Assembly: GCF_964355755.1 (NCBI RefSeq)
Contig: NC_092670.1
Span: forward strand, 24,972,795-25,036,794
Origin: Antedon mediterranea
Lineage: Eukaryota > Animalia > Echinodermata
Direction: 5' to 3'
DNA length: 64,000 nt
The notes under the pieces are model-generated. The model made no database searches, was not told the origin of the DNA, and was given only the letters and a program-made list of their open reading frames with translations. The translations under genes were made by a program, and so were the position numbers. Shown piece by piece: positions 25,701 to 37,429 of the stretch (position 1 is its first letter; each line of letters opens with the position of its first letter).

Positions 25701-27050
25701 ACTTTTTGAGTAATCCTGCTAACAAACAAACAAATGAAAGCACTCAGAAACTGAGTGAAGTACTTGGCAAAATATATCCACGGACTCGGAGCATGTTGAA
25801 AGATACATTTTTTTGTTAAATTGTTAAAATCCTGCTGGGGTTAATAATTTGTTTAAATAATTTTTGGATACAACCAACTCCGGCATTGCAACAATGACCT
25901 TTCTAAAATCAAGATTGACCAGAATAATGATCGAGGAGTGTCTTGAAGCTGTGCCGATTTGCGGCGCCTCTGCCTTAACCCATGTAGTAAGCTTAACCGC
26001 TTGACCAGTCGACTAATGTTTTGGTCTATATCAAAGAATATGTCCATGTTAAAAGAAGACAGAATGCGTGCTATGTAATATATCGTACGGAAGATAAGCT
26101 TTTGTGACAAACAATATATCAATTTACCTGAAAAGCAATAGGCATGTTCTGTAAGTATATACCTATGTACAGAATGAAATAAGGAAGGACACACACTGGT
26201 ACTAACAAAACTAATTATCAACTAACAATAGTTTAATTTGAATAACAATAGAACAGCAAAGCCAAAAACAAACTTGAATTTGAAAAGAAATAGGTTTTTT
26301 AAAACTACTCGTATGAAAAAGCCGGTACATTGAATCAACTTTTGTTTTAAAATTACAAATAACAAATTATACCCTTGCCCCTTGTCCAAAAATGAGGTTT
26401 TTTGGACAAGTATTTCTCGAGAAAATGTAATTTCAGTTTACGTGTTACATTAAAACTGCTCACCGGCTTTTGAAAATTGTCTCCTATCTTCTAACACTAG
26501 CCGGTCTGAAAATAATATCATTTTTGTTATTTGTGAAGTTATTAATAAACCAATTTTGTTGATTTTCAATAGGCATGGTCTGAAAGTATATACCTATCTA
26601 CACCCAAAAATTCAGAACTTAAAAAACTGTAGGCGCTATCGTGCTAACAAACAAACTAACAAACATACATACAAACATACATACAAACAAAGTAAATTCT
26701 ATACTTGGCAAAATTCTTTTTTGCCAAGTAACAAACAAACACACGCTACCGATTACATATACCTCCTTGGCGGAGGTAAATAATGGGACAAATCACTAAG
26801 TTGTGGGGTTTGTGATAAGTGTAGCAAAATATGCTGTGCAGAAATATATCAAAAGAATTTAAACTATTTTTTATTTAATTAATTAAATTTCAGAAAGTTA
26901 AGAAGCCTGAACAAGTCGGTAAAAGTGAAATCTGGTGTCGTCTCTAAGACAAGGTCTCCATCAAGGAATGTTAGAAAGACCGCACACCCATTCTCAAGAC
27001 CAATGTCTGCAGCATCAAGGAGGTCAACACAGACATCGTTGAAATCATAG
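19736..27050 (+). CDS. CCP110: Centriolar coiled-coil protein of 110 kDa (CP110), 9 coding exons
   Basis: Exons 19736-19867, 20012-20140, 20237-21847, 21979-22086, 22256-22357, 22615-22722, 23845-23915, 24194-24319, 26894-27050 (TAG), phases consistent. N-terminal PIIPPL-MTDKKRKEM and C-terminal KVSAVTKGYLTRKLMKTDK...PVKRGV...LRAAQFELHDIFF match CP110. Confidence 0.9.
24503..24558 (+). ncRNA. Minimal type I hammerhead ribozyme motif (Penelope/retrozyme-type)
   Basis: CAC-CTGAAGA-[GTGCGGCCAG / CTGGTCGTAC 10-bp stem II]-GAAAC-AAATTT-GTA-GTG; core boxes and stem I present. Confidence 0.7.
24793..24836 (-). ncRNA. Minimal type I hammerhead ribozyme motif
   Basis: Minus strand GCAC-CTGAAGA-T[TGAGT TCAT ACTCA]T-GAAAC-AGCCT-GTA-GTGC. 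Confidence 0.6.
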
Positions 27051-27635
27051 AATCAAAATAGTTACAGGAGTTGTATTGTTTATTATTATCTTTAGTCATA
27101 ATCAAAACAAACATACATTGTTTAAATCATAGAATTGAAATGTCTCCATTTCTGTATTTATTATTGGCGTCATAAAGAAAAACAAACACAATCACATCAA
27201 TGCTTTATGTATTTATTATTTTCAACAAAAACAAAACTGTACAATAGTAACTATCTCCATCATGATTGAGTTATATATGTGTTGTCACGGCAAAGGCACT
27301 AAAACTGTTAAACAAAATGTTCTGTTGACATCATTTTTCAATACTGAATGACTGAATGTGTACAATAATTTAAATGTAATACTTTATTTAAATCAAAATG
27401 CCAATAAAATTATGAATGTAATTAATTTAGGCATTCAAATTAGTAATTATTAAACAAGTCATATCAAACTTATTAAAAATATTTTTCAGTTTAATAAAAC
27501 ATACAATTTCTTTTGTTTTGGACAAAGTCCGACTTTATGTGTATATTTGTGATTTGCTGTTCGTAGAGAAATTGTAATACATTAGTAATCAATTTATTTT
27601 AGTATTTTATCCTTAACTATGAATTATTATTATTG

Positions 27636-29183
27636 TTATTCTCTTTTCTCAAATCCCAATTGGAAACCAGAGAGGGGCATTATCCTTCCAAGTTCCTTGG
27701 AGGTCAGAGGAATAGGTGTTGTAGACACAGGCACAGGTCGGTAATTTCTCAAAACATGCACTAAAGAGAATTTCACCGTCATTAGTACATATCTCATACC
27801 CACACAGTTCCGAGGCCCGTGACCAAATGGGATCCACGCCATCGGATGCCGCTTCTCCTTGTTTTCTTTGGTGAATCTATCTGGGTCAAATTTCTCTGGA
27901 TCCGGCCATATTTTTGGATCGTGATGTATTGCCCAGATTGGTATAGTAACATTGGTTCCCTTCTCAATAGTTAATCCATCATAAGTCCATGTCTCGTTAC
28001 AAACTCTGTCTGTAAACACAGCTGGTGGATACATCCGTAAGGTTTCTTGTATGACTTGGTCAAGATAACATAGTTTAAATACAGTGTCATATGTTAGGTC
28101 ACCTTCTTTCTCAATATTCTTTTCGATTTCGTCATATAATTTCTTTTCTACATCGGTATTAATCGCTAAAGCATATGAGACAAGTGCCAGGAGTGTACTC
28201 GTGGCGTCATATCCGGCTAAGATGAAAGTTACAGCTTGCGCCATTAGTTCATCAGTTGTAAGACCTCGCTTGGTCGACTTGTCTGGTTCTGCATCATCAA
28301 ATTGAGTTATAAGACCATCGTCTTCTTCTTCTACGTCCATTTTATGAGAGTCAACCATTAAGCTGATAAAATCTTTGCGATCAACTGAAGGATTGTCCTT
28401 AATATTTTGGATAATCTGTTCAGTTACATCTACAAAGAACTTGACGGGTTCCATTGGCAGAATGTTAAACCCAATAGCTTCAAAGAATTTCGCTGATTTT
28501 GGGAACATCATAATAATGGCGAAAAGCCACACTCGTCCTCCATTAAGGAATGTATTCATATGTTTTATAAATGGACTATTTGGATCGTTCTGCGAATCTA
28601 ACTTGAGTCCAAAATGTGTAATAGCTACTATGTCCATCATCGTACATCCGTACAATTCTCTTACATTAGTCTCACTCTTTGAAGATGCTATTGCTTCAAT
28701 CCTGTCAGACAATACCCGACATGCAGTATTTATTAGCGGTACCATACGTTTCATCATCCCAGAACTAAAGGCAGGCGTAACCGTGCTCCGAATACGCTTC
28801 CATTCTTTCCCAGTTACAGTAGTTAAACCTTTATCCAATGGCTTCATGTTGACATCTTCAAACACCCGGTGATCATGGAAGGATGAGAAATCCTTGATTA
28901 GAATCTGTCGTAATTTGTCAAGATCACCAACTATTAGCTGCGGCTTTCTCCCTTCATACATTCCCACGATTGGACCATACTCTGACATATATCTACCTTG
29001 TCCTTGATGCATTCCATACTTGACAAACGTATCATAACCATTACCTATAAAAGGTAGAGGTTTAGGTCCAGGTATACCTCGAGTCTTCCAATAAGAGTAG
29101 TTCCACACGCCGTAAATGTACAGCAAGACCACGACTAACAGAACAAGTATCAAAGTGGTTACATTAAGTCCAAGAAAGAACAT
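27636..29183 (-). CDS. Cytochrome P450, clan 3 (CYP3A/CYP5-like), intronless CDS, copy A
   Basis: 515 aa; N-terminal membrane anchor, PGPKPLP, WKRIR, I-helix AGYDAT, ETLR, PEKFDPDRF, heme motif FGHGPRNCVG. Confidence 0.96.
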   Translation of the reverse strand: MFFLGLNVTTLILVLLVVVLLYIYGVWNYSYWKTRGIPGPKPLPFIGNGYDTFVKYGMHQGQGRYMSEYGPIVGMYEGRKPQLIVGDLDKLRQILIKDFSSFHDHRVFEDVNMKPLDKGLTTVTGKEWKRIRSTVTPAFSSGMMKRMVPLINTACRVLSDRIEAIASSKSETNVRELYGCTMMDIVAITHFGLKLDSQNDPNSPFIKHMNTFLNGGRVWLFAIIMMFPKSAKFFEAIGFNILPMEPVKFFVDVTEQIIQNIKDNPSVDRKDFISLMVDSHKMDVEEEDDGLITQFDDAEPDKSTKRGLTTDELMAQAVTFILAGYDATSTLLALVSYALAINTDVEKKLYDEIEKNIEKEGDLTYDTVFKLCYLDQVIQETLRMYPPAVFTDRVCNETWTYDGLTIEKGTNVTIPIWAIHHDPKIWPDPEKFDPDRFTKENKEKRHPMAWIPFGHGPRNCVGMRYVLMTVKFSLVHVLRNYRPVPVSTTPIPLTSKELGRIMPLSGFQLGFEKRE

Positions 29184-30149
29184 TTTGGTCTTTAATATGT
29201 TACTGATTTAAGCTATAGTAATAGCATTTAGAGACGCGTTTATGTTGTGCTAAATTATACCCAATAATATAAATGCATTTAGGCTAACCTGCAGCAAATT
29301 ATATAGGCATTAGTGTTATCTCGATGACTAGTAACTCGTTGTGTCATTGTAATTGTTTACACAAACGGAACTAATCGTCGTTTCAGTGATGCCCATATAA
29401 GGAAGCAGCATTAATAATCTAAATGTAAATAGAGGACCCTAGATTACATGATATAATTTCAAAAACAATTTTTGTAAAAATCACAGCTATAGATAACATT
29501 GCTACGGAAACCACAACAATGCTATGTCGCAATATGTACGTTGTATTGTCCTGTAACTTGTACCTTGTTCCGTTTGAAAATTGAAAGATTGACTCATTAA
29601 TTATAATTGTTGTAGTATAGCTATGAAAAGTGTAATCATGCTATTAATTTTATAGGCCTTAAATATGAATTGTAGGCCTATTCCTGACCATATTGTAATA
29701 TCTATAAGTTCAACTAAACCTAATTTGACCCAAATATTCAAAGATTGAACAAGGATTTTATAACCTCATTAATTCAACGCCAATTGTGTAAGTGCCATCC
29801 GACATCAGAGATGGCTGAAGGGCTATCGATGTAGATCTATGCCTGTTTAGCCATTAATATAACTTACACAAACCAGATTGAATGGACTTTGGGTATTGAA
29901 TGATTTATTTTTAGTTAATATTACAATTGTTCGATATCACGAACGCCGTTTCAACCAATGGTGACCATATAAGGGAGGTCTACTCTGACACGTGGTGCCC
30001 GTGCATAATAATTATTATTACAACACATGATTTATTAATAGAAATTACCGAACAGTATCACTATTGTGGATGCGTAATTTAGAGGACTAATTCTAGTCTG
30101 GTTTAATGTATACGTTACTGATGCCCATATAAGGATAGATCAACAGATT

Positions 30150-30430
30150 GGAGTGGAGTTGTGGCTTGGTGGTTGTGATGCTTGGCTACCACTCCACGGG
30201 TCCTGGGTTCAAGTCCCATCACATGTCAGGATTTTTTCTAAGGGCAAAATTACAACTCCACTCCCAAAGACTTGTAATAAGACTTTATTTATGTAGATCA
30301 TCTTGTGTATATGTTTGTCTTGTGAACCCTAATGATCAGCAATTGCTGGATGGATCACCCTCATTAAATATGGTCAAAAAACATGTGACTTACCCCGGTT
30401 CGTGGATATGAACAAATATATATATATATA
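30150..30430 (+). mobile_element. tRNA-derived SINE
   Basis: A-box TGGCTTGGTGG, B-box GGTTCAAGTCC, tRNA-unrelated body, (AT)n tail. Confidence 0.7.
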
Positions 30431-31271
30431 CTTTGTGATTATCCTAAACTATGATAAGCAAACAGCTAGCTTTTACAGAGTGCAATGTTATTCAGACATG
30501 GTGTTATTGTCTGATAGCCTATATAACATTTCATAGATGAAGCAATCGAATTTGCTTTTACATGTATGAGTTCTGAGTTAAATATATTTTTAGATGCAAT
30601 ATTTGATGGAGAGTGAACATTTTTGGATGGTTTTATAAATGTACGTACTTAAACGCCGACTCGAGCATTGACATTTTCGTATTTGAAACCCATGTCAGTA
30701 ACTCATGTAGCCATACACATAGAATTTGTTTCTAATTTAATGTTTGTATCATACATTGCTGTACTGTATTAAATAAATTGAAAGAGGAGGGTGGGGTTGG
30801 GAGGGGCTGGGGTGTATTAACAGACTTGTTTAATTGTTTATCTTCCCTATCGCCATTGCATTACTTGTGAACAATATATATTTTTTTGTAAAAGGTACTT
30901 TTTCGTAATGATATATCTATACTAGAATAATAATTAAACTTTTAAATGCTCAAACTTCGTGTACGGTATGTAAAAGCTATTTGTTTAACATTGTTTGTGT
31001 ATTGGTCTATTGTTATTAATATAATGTTGACCCTTGATAGCATCATGACATAGCACTGAATCTATAGGTTAAGTTTAAACTTTGATTATGGGCATCACTT
31101 GAAAAGACGGTTGGTGCCGTTTGTAAACATAATTATAATGCCTTTGTGTAATACAATACATGTAGTTATTGATTTTCGCAGTGTCGACCTGCTAAAGATT
31201 GGACAATTTTTACAGGCGTACTAGCTAATCCACTTAGTTAGGCCTATACTCGTAAAATATTAAAAACCAAC

Positions 31272-32816
31272 ATGTTCTTTCTTGGACTTAATGTAACCAC
31301 TTTCATACTTGTTGTGTTAGTCGTGGTCTTACTGTACATTTACGGCGTGTGGAACTACTCTTATTGGAAGACTCGAGGTATACCTGGACCTAAACCTCTA
31401 CCTTTTATAGGTAACGGCTATGATATGTTTTTTAAGTATGGGAAGGATCAAGGACAGAGTAGATATATGTCAGAGTATGGTCCAATCGTGGGTACATATG
31501 AAGGGAGAAAGCCGCAGCTAATAGTTGGTGATCTTGACAAATTACGACAGATTCTAATCAAGGATTTCTCATCATTCCATGATCACCGGGTGTTTGAAGA
31601 TATCAACATGAAGCCATTGGATAAAGGTATACTTGCTGTGACTGGGAAAGAATGGAAGCGTATTCGGAGCACGGTTACGCCTGCCTTTAGTTCTGGGATG
31701 ATGAAACGTATGGTACCGCTTATAAATACTGCATGTCAAGTATTGTCTGACAGGATTGAAGCAATAGCATCTTCAAAGAGTGAGACTAATGTAAGAGAAT
31801 TGTACGGATGTACGATGATGGACATAGTAGCTATTACACATTTTGGACTCAAGTTAGATTCGCAGAACGATCAAAATAGTCCATTTATAAAACATATGAA
31901 TACATTAATTAACGGAGGACGAATGTGGCTTTTCGCCCTGGGCATGATGTTCCCTAAATCAGTAAAGATATTTGAGGCTATTGGGATTGATGTTATGCCA
32001 ATGGAACCTAGGAAGTTCTTTGTAGATGTAACTGAAAAGATCGTCAAAAGTATTAACGACAATCCTTCTGTTGATCGCAAAGATTTTATCAGCTTAATGG
32101 TTGACTCTCATAAAATGGACGTAGAAGAAGAAGACGATGGTCTTATAACTCAATTTGATGATGAACCAGATAAGTCGACCAAGCGAGGTCTTACAACTGA
32201 TGAACTAATGGCGCAAGCTGTAACTTTCATCTTAGCCGGATATGACGCCACGAGCACACTCCTGGCACTTGTCTCATATGCTTTAGCGATTAATACCGAT
32301 GTAGAAAAGAAATTATATGACGAAATCGAAAAGAATATTGAGAAAGAAGGTGACCTAACATATGACACTGTATTTAAACTATGTTATCTTGACCAAGTCA
32401 TACAAGAAACCTTACGGATGTATCCACCAGCTGTGTTTACAGACAGAGTTTGTAACGAGACATGGACTTATGATGGATTAACTATTGAGAAGGGAACCAA
32501 TGTTACTATACCAATCTGGGCAATACATCACGATCTAAAAATATGGCCGGATCCAGAGAAATTTGACCCAGATAGATTCACCAAAGAAAACAAGGAGAAG
32601 CGGCATCCGATGGCGTGGATCCCATTTGGTCACGGGCCTCGGAACTGTGTGGGTATGAGATATGCACTAATGACGGTGAAATTCGCATTAGTGTATGTTT
32701 TGAGAAATTATCGACCTGTGCCTGTGTCTACAACACCTATTCCTCTGACCTGCAATGAGTTTGGAAGGATAATGCCAGCATCTGGTTGCCAATTGGGATT
32801 TGAGAAAAGAGAATGA
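31272..32816 (+). CDS. Cytochrome P450, clan 3 (CYP3A/CYP5-like), intronless CDS, copy B (inverted duplicate)
   Basis: 514 aa with the same motifs as copy A and long near-identical tracts. Confidence 0.96.
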   Translation: MFFLGLNVTTFILVVLVVVLLYIYGVWNYSYWKTRGIPGPKPLPFIGNGYDMFFKYGKDQGQSRYMSEYGPIVGTYEGRKPQLIVGDLDKLRQILIKDFSSFHDHRVFEDINMKPLDKGILAVTGKEWKRIRSTVTPAFSSGMMKRMVPLINTACQVLSDRIEAIASSKSETNVRELYGCTMMDIVAITHFGLKLDSQNDQNSPFIKHMNTLINGGRMWLFALGMMFPKSVKIFEAIGIDVMPMEPRKFFVDVTEKIVKSINDNPSVDRKDFISLMVDSHKMDVEEEDDGLITQFDDEPDKSTKRGLTTDELMAQAVTFILAGYDATSTLLALVSYALAINTDVEKKLYDEIEKNIEKEGDLTYDTVFKLCYLDQVIQETLRMYPPAVFTDRVCNETWTYDGLTIEKGTNVTIPIWAIHHDLKIWPDPEKFDPDRFTKENKEKRHPMAWIPFGHGPRNCVGMRYALMTVKFALVYVLRNYRPVPVSTTPIPLTCNEFGRIMPASGCQLGFEKRE

Positions 32817-33112
32817 AATTAACAGTGAAGGATCCTAATAATATTAAATAGGCTTTTACTTTTGGACAGTAAATTACAGACTAATTCGATTCCTATATTG
32901 AAACTTTTGTCCCCACAAAAACAAATTAATTTAAATTAGTAAGTTGTATGATTCGTTTGTATAATTATACTGAAATATATAATTGCATTGCATTTTGATT
33001 ATTGTGTTGTGTAGGTATTTCTATAGTTCAGTGTTAACACTTAGTATGATTCTGTCTTTTCATCAATAAAATATATCATTGAAAAATATTGTATTAACTG
33101 TTTTCCGTAGCC

Positions 33113-33185
33113 ATTTTGATTCTATTTAGATTTCATACGATGTAGGACTATGTCCGGTTGATGCTGAGACATTGGTCTTGAGAAA
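33113..33185 (-). pseudogene. Degenerate inverted copy of the CCP110 terminal exon end
   Basis: Reverse complement contains TTCTCAAGACCAATGTCT-CAGCATCAA...ACATCGTATGAAATC...TAGAATCAAAAT, matching ~26991-27059. Confidence 0.75.
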
Positions 33186-33875
33186 GGACGTTTTCTTAGC
33201 ACAAATCACAAGCCTAATAATGGCGGCTCTGGTTAAACTGTGTTTGTGCTTATATTGCAAAACTCCTCCCCACAGAATACGGTATATTAGAATATTAAAA
33301 AACTTAGAATATTACCAAAATTGGTAACTGTGCTTTCGACGTGTTTAATGGCCTTACAAGATCGTTTCAATTGATGCCCATAGAATATTCTGAAATTAAT
33401 TTTTTTTGCGGGTTTAGGGCGGAATCACCTTTTTTGAACAATAAAGAAATACTAAATTTGGAAAACTAATTTTACTCCATGTCAATCAACGTTGAATTGA
33501 AAGGTTTTTAATTTGAATTGGCGATACCAACAGCAAGGGTGCGAAGGGTAGGGAAGAGGTCACACTATTAATTATATATAATATAAATCAATGTGTTGCG
33601 TAGCACTGTGTAAATTATATATAAATCATACTGTAAATTATAGAAAAACAGTGCTCATATCGGAACATGATCTCATAATCGCGTCGAGCATAGCTCATTG
33701 GTGAAAGTTCCGTATTTTTTAGTTGTATGAAAAAATGTCTCTGGCGGGATTCGAACCGTTTTAAAAACCGTTGCTTATTAAAGTTGGAATTTATTCTGAC
33801 TTGTTAGGCCTCCACTGATTGTGAGGGCGTTTGTTGTATGAGAGAATGTATCTGGTGGGTGATACTACCATATAT

Positions 33876-33938
33876 GGCTCTGTGGTCTAGTGGTATGATA
33901 CTCGCCCCGTAAGCGAGAGGTTGCAGGTTCGAATCCCA
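33876..33938 (+). mobile_element. tRNA-derived SINE head or truncated tRNA pseudogene
   Basis: GGCTCTGTGGTCTAGTGGTATGATA, stem CTCGC/GCGAG, GGTTCGAATCCC; the 3' acceptor strand is missing. Confidence 0.6.
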
Positions 33939-33939
33939 T

Positions 33940-34110
33940 ATACACATACACCTCCACCTGATCTTGATCTGTCGTTGCGTAGAGTTGAATAGCCATCAAT
34001 CTTGATTTCTTGGTCGGGAACAGAATTGTCAAGCCACGATTCTGTGATAGATATGACAGTTGCGTTTGACTTTAATGCGAGTCCGCGAAGTTCATAACTC
34101 ATAAGGTCGG
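33940..34110 (-). mobile_element. CR1/L2-clade LINE endonuclease fragment
   Basis: ATVISITESWLDNSVPDQEIKIDGYSTLRNDRSRSGGGVCVY is the typical APE-domain N-terminus. Confidence 0.8.
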
Positions 34111-34429
34111 AAACATTTAGAACATAAATAGATAATGGAACCAAATTTTGCAATAAAGATGAGATATTGCGTTTTTCTCTTTTGTTATCAATCTTTTCAT
34201 GACGTCACGTACCGTAATAGACGGTAACAATTGAACATGCATATCACAATAAATAAATAATGGTACCCAATTAATTCAGCATTTCCATCAAGTTTTAACA
34301 ATCTTTGATGTCGGAAAGATTCCCAATAATAGAGACTAATTTTTGCAATATGTTAGATATTTTATTCAGCTGGTACTTTTTACCTTGATGTCGTGAACAT
34401 TTGAACATAAATTCGCAATAATGGATCAT

Positions 34430-34995
34430 AATTGTGCATCTTGTTCACATGATGTGGGTAAAAACTTTGGATGGGATATGGGGTGAGCGAAATTCTAAGC
34501 AAGCTAAATACATGATACTTATTTTGAGGTTGGAAAAAGCACGTGAATTCCCAAATAATTGAATCTAATTTTGCAATGAAGTCGTCATCTCATTTGTTCA
34601 TATCGATGTGAGAAAAAGTTTGGATGGGAATGTGGTGAGCGAAATACTAAGCAAGCTAAATACATGATACTAGTTATTTTAAGGTTGGGAACACAACGTG
34701 AATTCGCATATAATTGAACGTAATTTTGCAATAAAGTCGTCATCTCGTTAGTTCATATTACGATGTGGGAAAAAAGTTTACATGGGAATGTGGTGAGCGA
34801 AATACTATAAGCAATAATGCAATGAAACCTAATTTTGCAATGAAGTCGGTCACCTTGTTTGTTCATGTTGGAAACATCGTTTGGAGGGATGGAAGAAATT
34901 CTAGGAAGCTAAATACAGTTAGTTATAACACTAATTATTTTGAGGTCGGGAATATTAGAATTTATACTCAAATGGAACCTAATTTTGCAATGGAG
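34430..34995. repeat. Degenerate tandem repeat, ~130-165-bp units, 3-4 copies
   Basis: Recurring GGTGAGCGAAAT, AAGCTAAATACA and CTAATTTTGCAATG blocks. Confidence 0.65.
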
Positions 34996-37429
34996 ATTGC
35001 ATGCTTTATTTTCATCTCGGTTGTTCGTTCCATCAATTCATACGTCGTACATAATGACGTGGAACATGCATGCACTATTATACTTTGTGGGATGATAACA
35101 GAGTGGGATGCTCTGTAATCAAGTTAATATATTATTTATTGACATACAGTAATTTAATTAACTATATCGATGGAATAGTAGATTAGGCCTATAATTTACA
35201 CATTTGCAGCCTTTACTATTTATAGAATAAATCAGCATTAAATAAGCCAGTGGGTAAATCTTTATGCAATATTCATTTAAAAGCAGTATAACATTGAATG
35301 TGAAACATATAACAATAAAGAAACAAGTATAGAAAAATGGCGCCACTGTGTGCAAGCTATAGCCTAATCTTCGATTTTCATTTGTTTGTTTTCATTTTAC
35401 CATCCCGGATTATGGCAATGTATTTATATACAAGATGAAACGAAATAAAATCAGATCAGTACCACCTGTAACTCGTATCAGTGAATTCCTTTTCTGATAA
35501 TCGTAGCAAATTAGAAATTATATTTTTCTATACTTGACAATGATCATCATTATCATCAAAGATAGTGTAGTAGGAAGATGTTACACTTCCTATTCGTTCA
35601 ATGCAAATAAAAGCGAGACAACATGGAGCTAAATTTAAAGGGCGCCTCGCACGTCGAGTAGGGATACGGAAAGTTATTGTATAGGAAATAGGCTATTATA
35701 ACAGTAGAATAATATGATTGTAAAATTAAGATTTAATACGAATTAACATATAAAATGTAATGTTATCTTTATAGAAAATGCAAATGAATCATATTTATAT
35801 GTTTTGGAATACCAATTTGTGTTTCAATTACCTGGAATTGTTTAGGTACCTGGAATTTATCTACCCGTATTTTATTTCTTTTATTTTAATGTTTTTATTT
35901 GCAAATCAATTGAACTTTTTAAAATTATTTACATTTAATTGTTTATCATTGGACATAGATAGAAAATTTAATACCTAGCTTTAGAAACACTTCTTCATCA
36001 GAGTGAATAAATATATTAGGAGCCTAGTGGTAAATAGGCCTACAATGTGTATGCCTATATAATAATCCATTACGTATGGTTTATTTCTAAGGGTAATAAA
36101 AGAGAATAGGTAGTATGGCATGTAATCAATAATCAATCAATCAATCAATATTTATTATAATCAATAATATTATACAAATAGTCGATCTGCTTAAACTGAA
36201 TACGGTACCAGTAGGCTTGAACATTATAGGAATTTTAGGACTACGAGTATGTTTTTTTACTGAAAAAAAAAACAATTATTGTTAATTATCTATTAATTTT
36301 AATAATTTAATAATACTGTAACTAATTATTATATTATGCTTGTAACACTCCGAACTTTCGTGCATTCATCGTAATTGTATATGCCCTGATTAGCGCCAAA
36401 CATTATTGATTATTAATTATAAGCCAGTGAGTTCATTATTGGTAAGGTTATATCAAGGAAAAAATATCCGCGGGGAGGCCTACTTTACCCCCTTTCATTA
36501 TACTACCCTTACAAAAAATGTTCTATCGATAGAAGTTTTAGAATTTTAATCTATAGAAACAGATAATTTCTATAGAAACGAATTTACAGATTCTACCCCT
36601 AGAGTTTTATAGAAATTGCAGAAGAATTGCTATAATTTATTAATAAATCATATATTGTTTGTCAACAACAATACTGTATACTGTAAAATTAGCATTATGA
36701 CTTCAGACTTAACTGGGGTTTACCAAGATAGGTAAGAGTTTTTATGGGTACGGGTTGGTTTGGGTACGGGTTGGTTTGGGTACGAGATGACCACCATCCA
36801 TTCATGAATGCGTCTACAGGCGCGCGTAAGCCTCCTCCTGATTCTAGCTCAGTGTTTACAGTCATGTCATGACAAAACTCACTCCAAATAAATGTATTAA
36901 CAATTAAAAAGATCCAAAAACAGTATGAAAACATCACATTAATTTTTAACTTTGTATAATAAAGACAAAAAAGAAGTTTTTGTTTGTTTTTTGTGGCTTA
37001 TTTTTACAATTTATTGCCGAAAACACCATTTTCATTGGGCTTTGCCATTGCGCTCCTCATGTTTCAGATTCGTCTATCCCTACTCGTCGTGAGAGGCGCC
37101 CTATCTCGAGCGGTTCTCTAATTTTTGAGCGAAGTGTAACATCTTCCTACTACACTATCTTTGTTATCATCTATATCTCTGGGCATGCGCAATAGCGTGT
37201 CGGGATCCTAACCACGGCGTTTAATAATTTAATGTAAATGGTGATCTAATAACAGGCGTAACAACACATAATACATATTGTAGTTTAATACTGGCTTAAA
37301 TATGTTTGTTTTATATAAACTGTATTTTCAAAAATGACAATAGAACTTAATTTTGTAATACTGTAGTACCTAATTTGGCGCCTTAGACGCCAAATTAAGC
37401 GCTCATTTGGCAGTGGTACCTCATCGGGC

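Larger units (their letters stand above)
24340..26781 (-). mobile_element. Helentron-associated (HINE/DINE-like) element carrying nested insertions, including a second HINE at ~25731-26733
   Basis: Minus-strand 5' end TTTACCTCCGCCAAGGAGGTA plus (TTTG)n; 3' sub-TIR CGGAGGTA plus hairpin GCACTCTCGGAGTG. Inner element has TACTTGGCAA sub-TIRs (~25761, ~26702, ~26720) and hairpin CACTCAG..CTGAGTG, and sits in the outer element's microsatellite. Confidence 0.7.

Noticed and set aside
25853-26221. 122-aa ORF as a captured gene inside the nested HINE
   Set aside because: No recognisable domain or convincing splice structure.
28084-32368. Antisense ORFs within the P450 genes (and similar ones in TRIM, CCP110 and Penelope)
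   Set aside because: Shadow frames of real coding sequence.
33876-33938. Possible tRNA gene (CGT in the anticodon loop)
   Set aside because: The 3' acceptor strand is missing and the T-stem is imperfect; SINE head or pseudogene.
35960-36005. Minus-strand CTGATGA hammerhead-like core
   Set aside because: The GAAA box and stem II are not intact; too degenerate to call.
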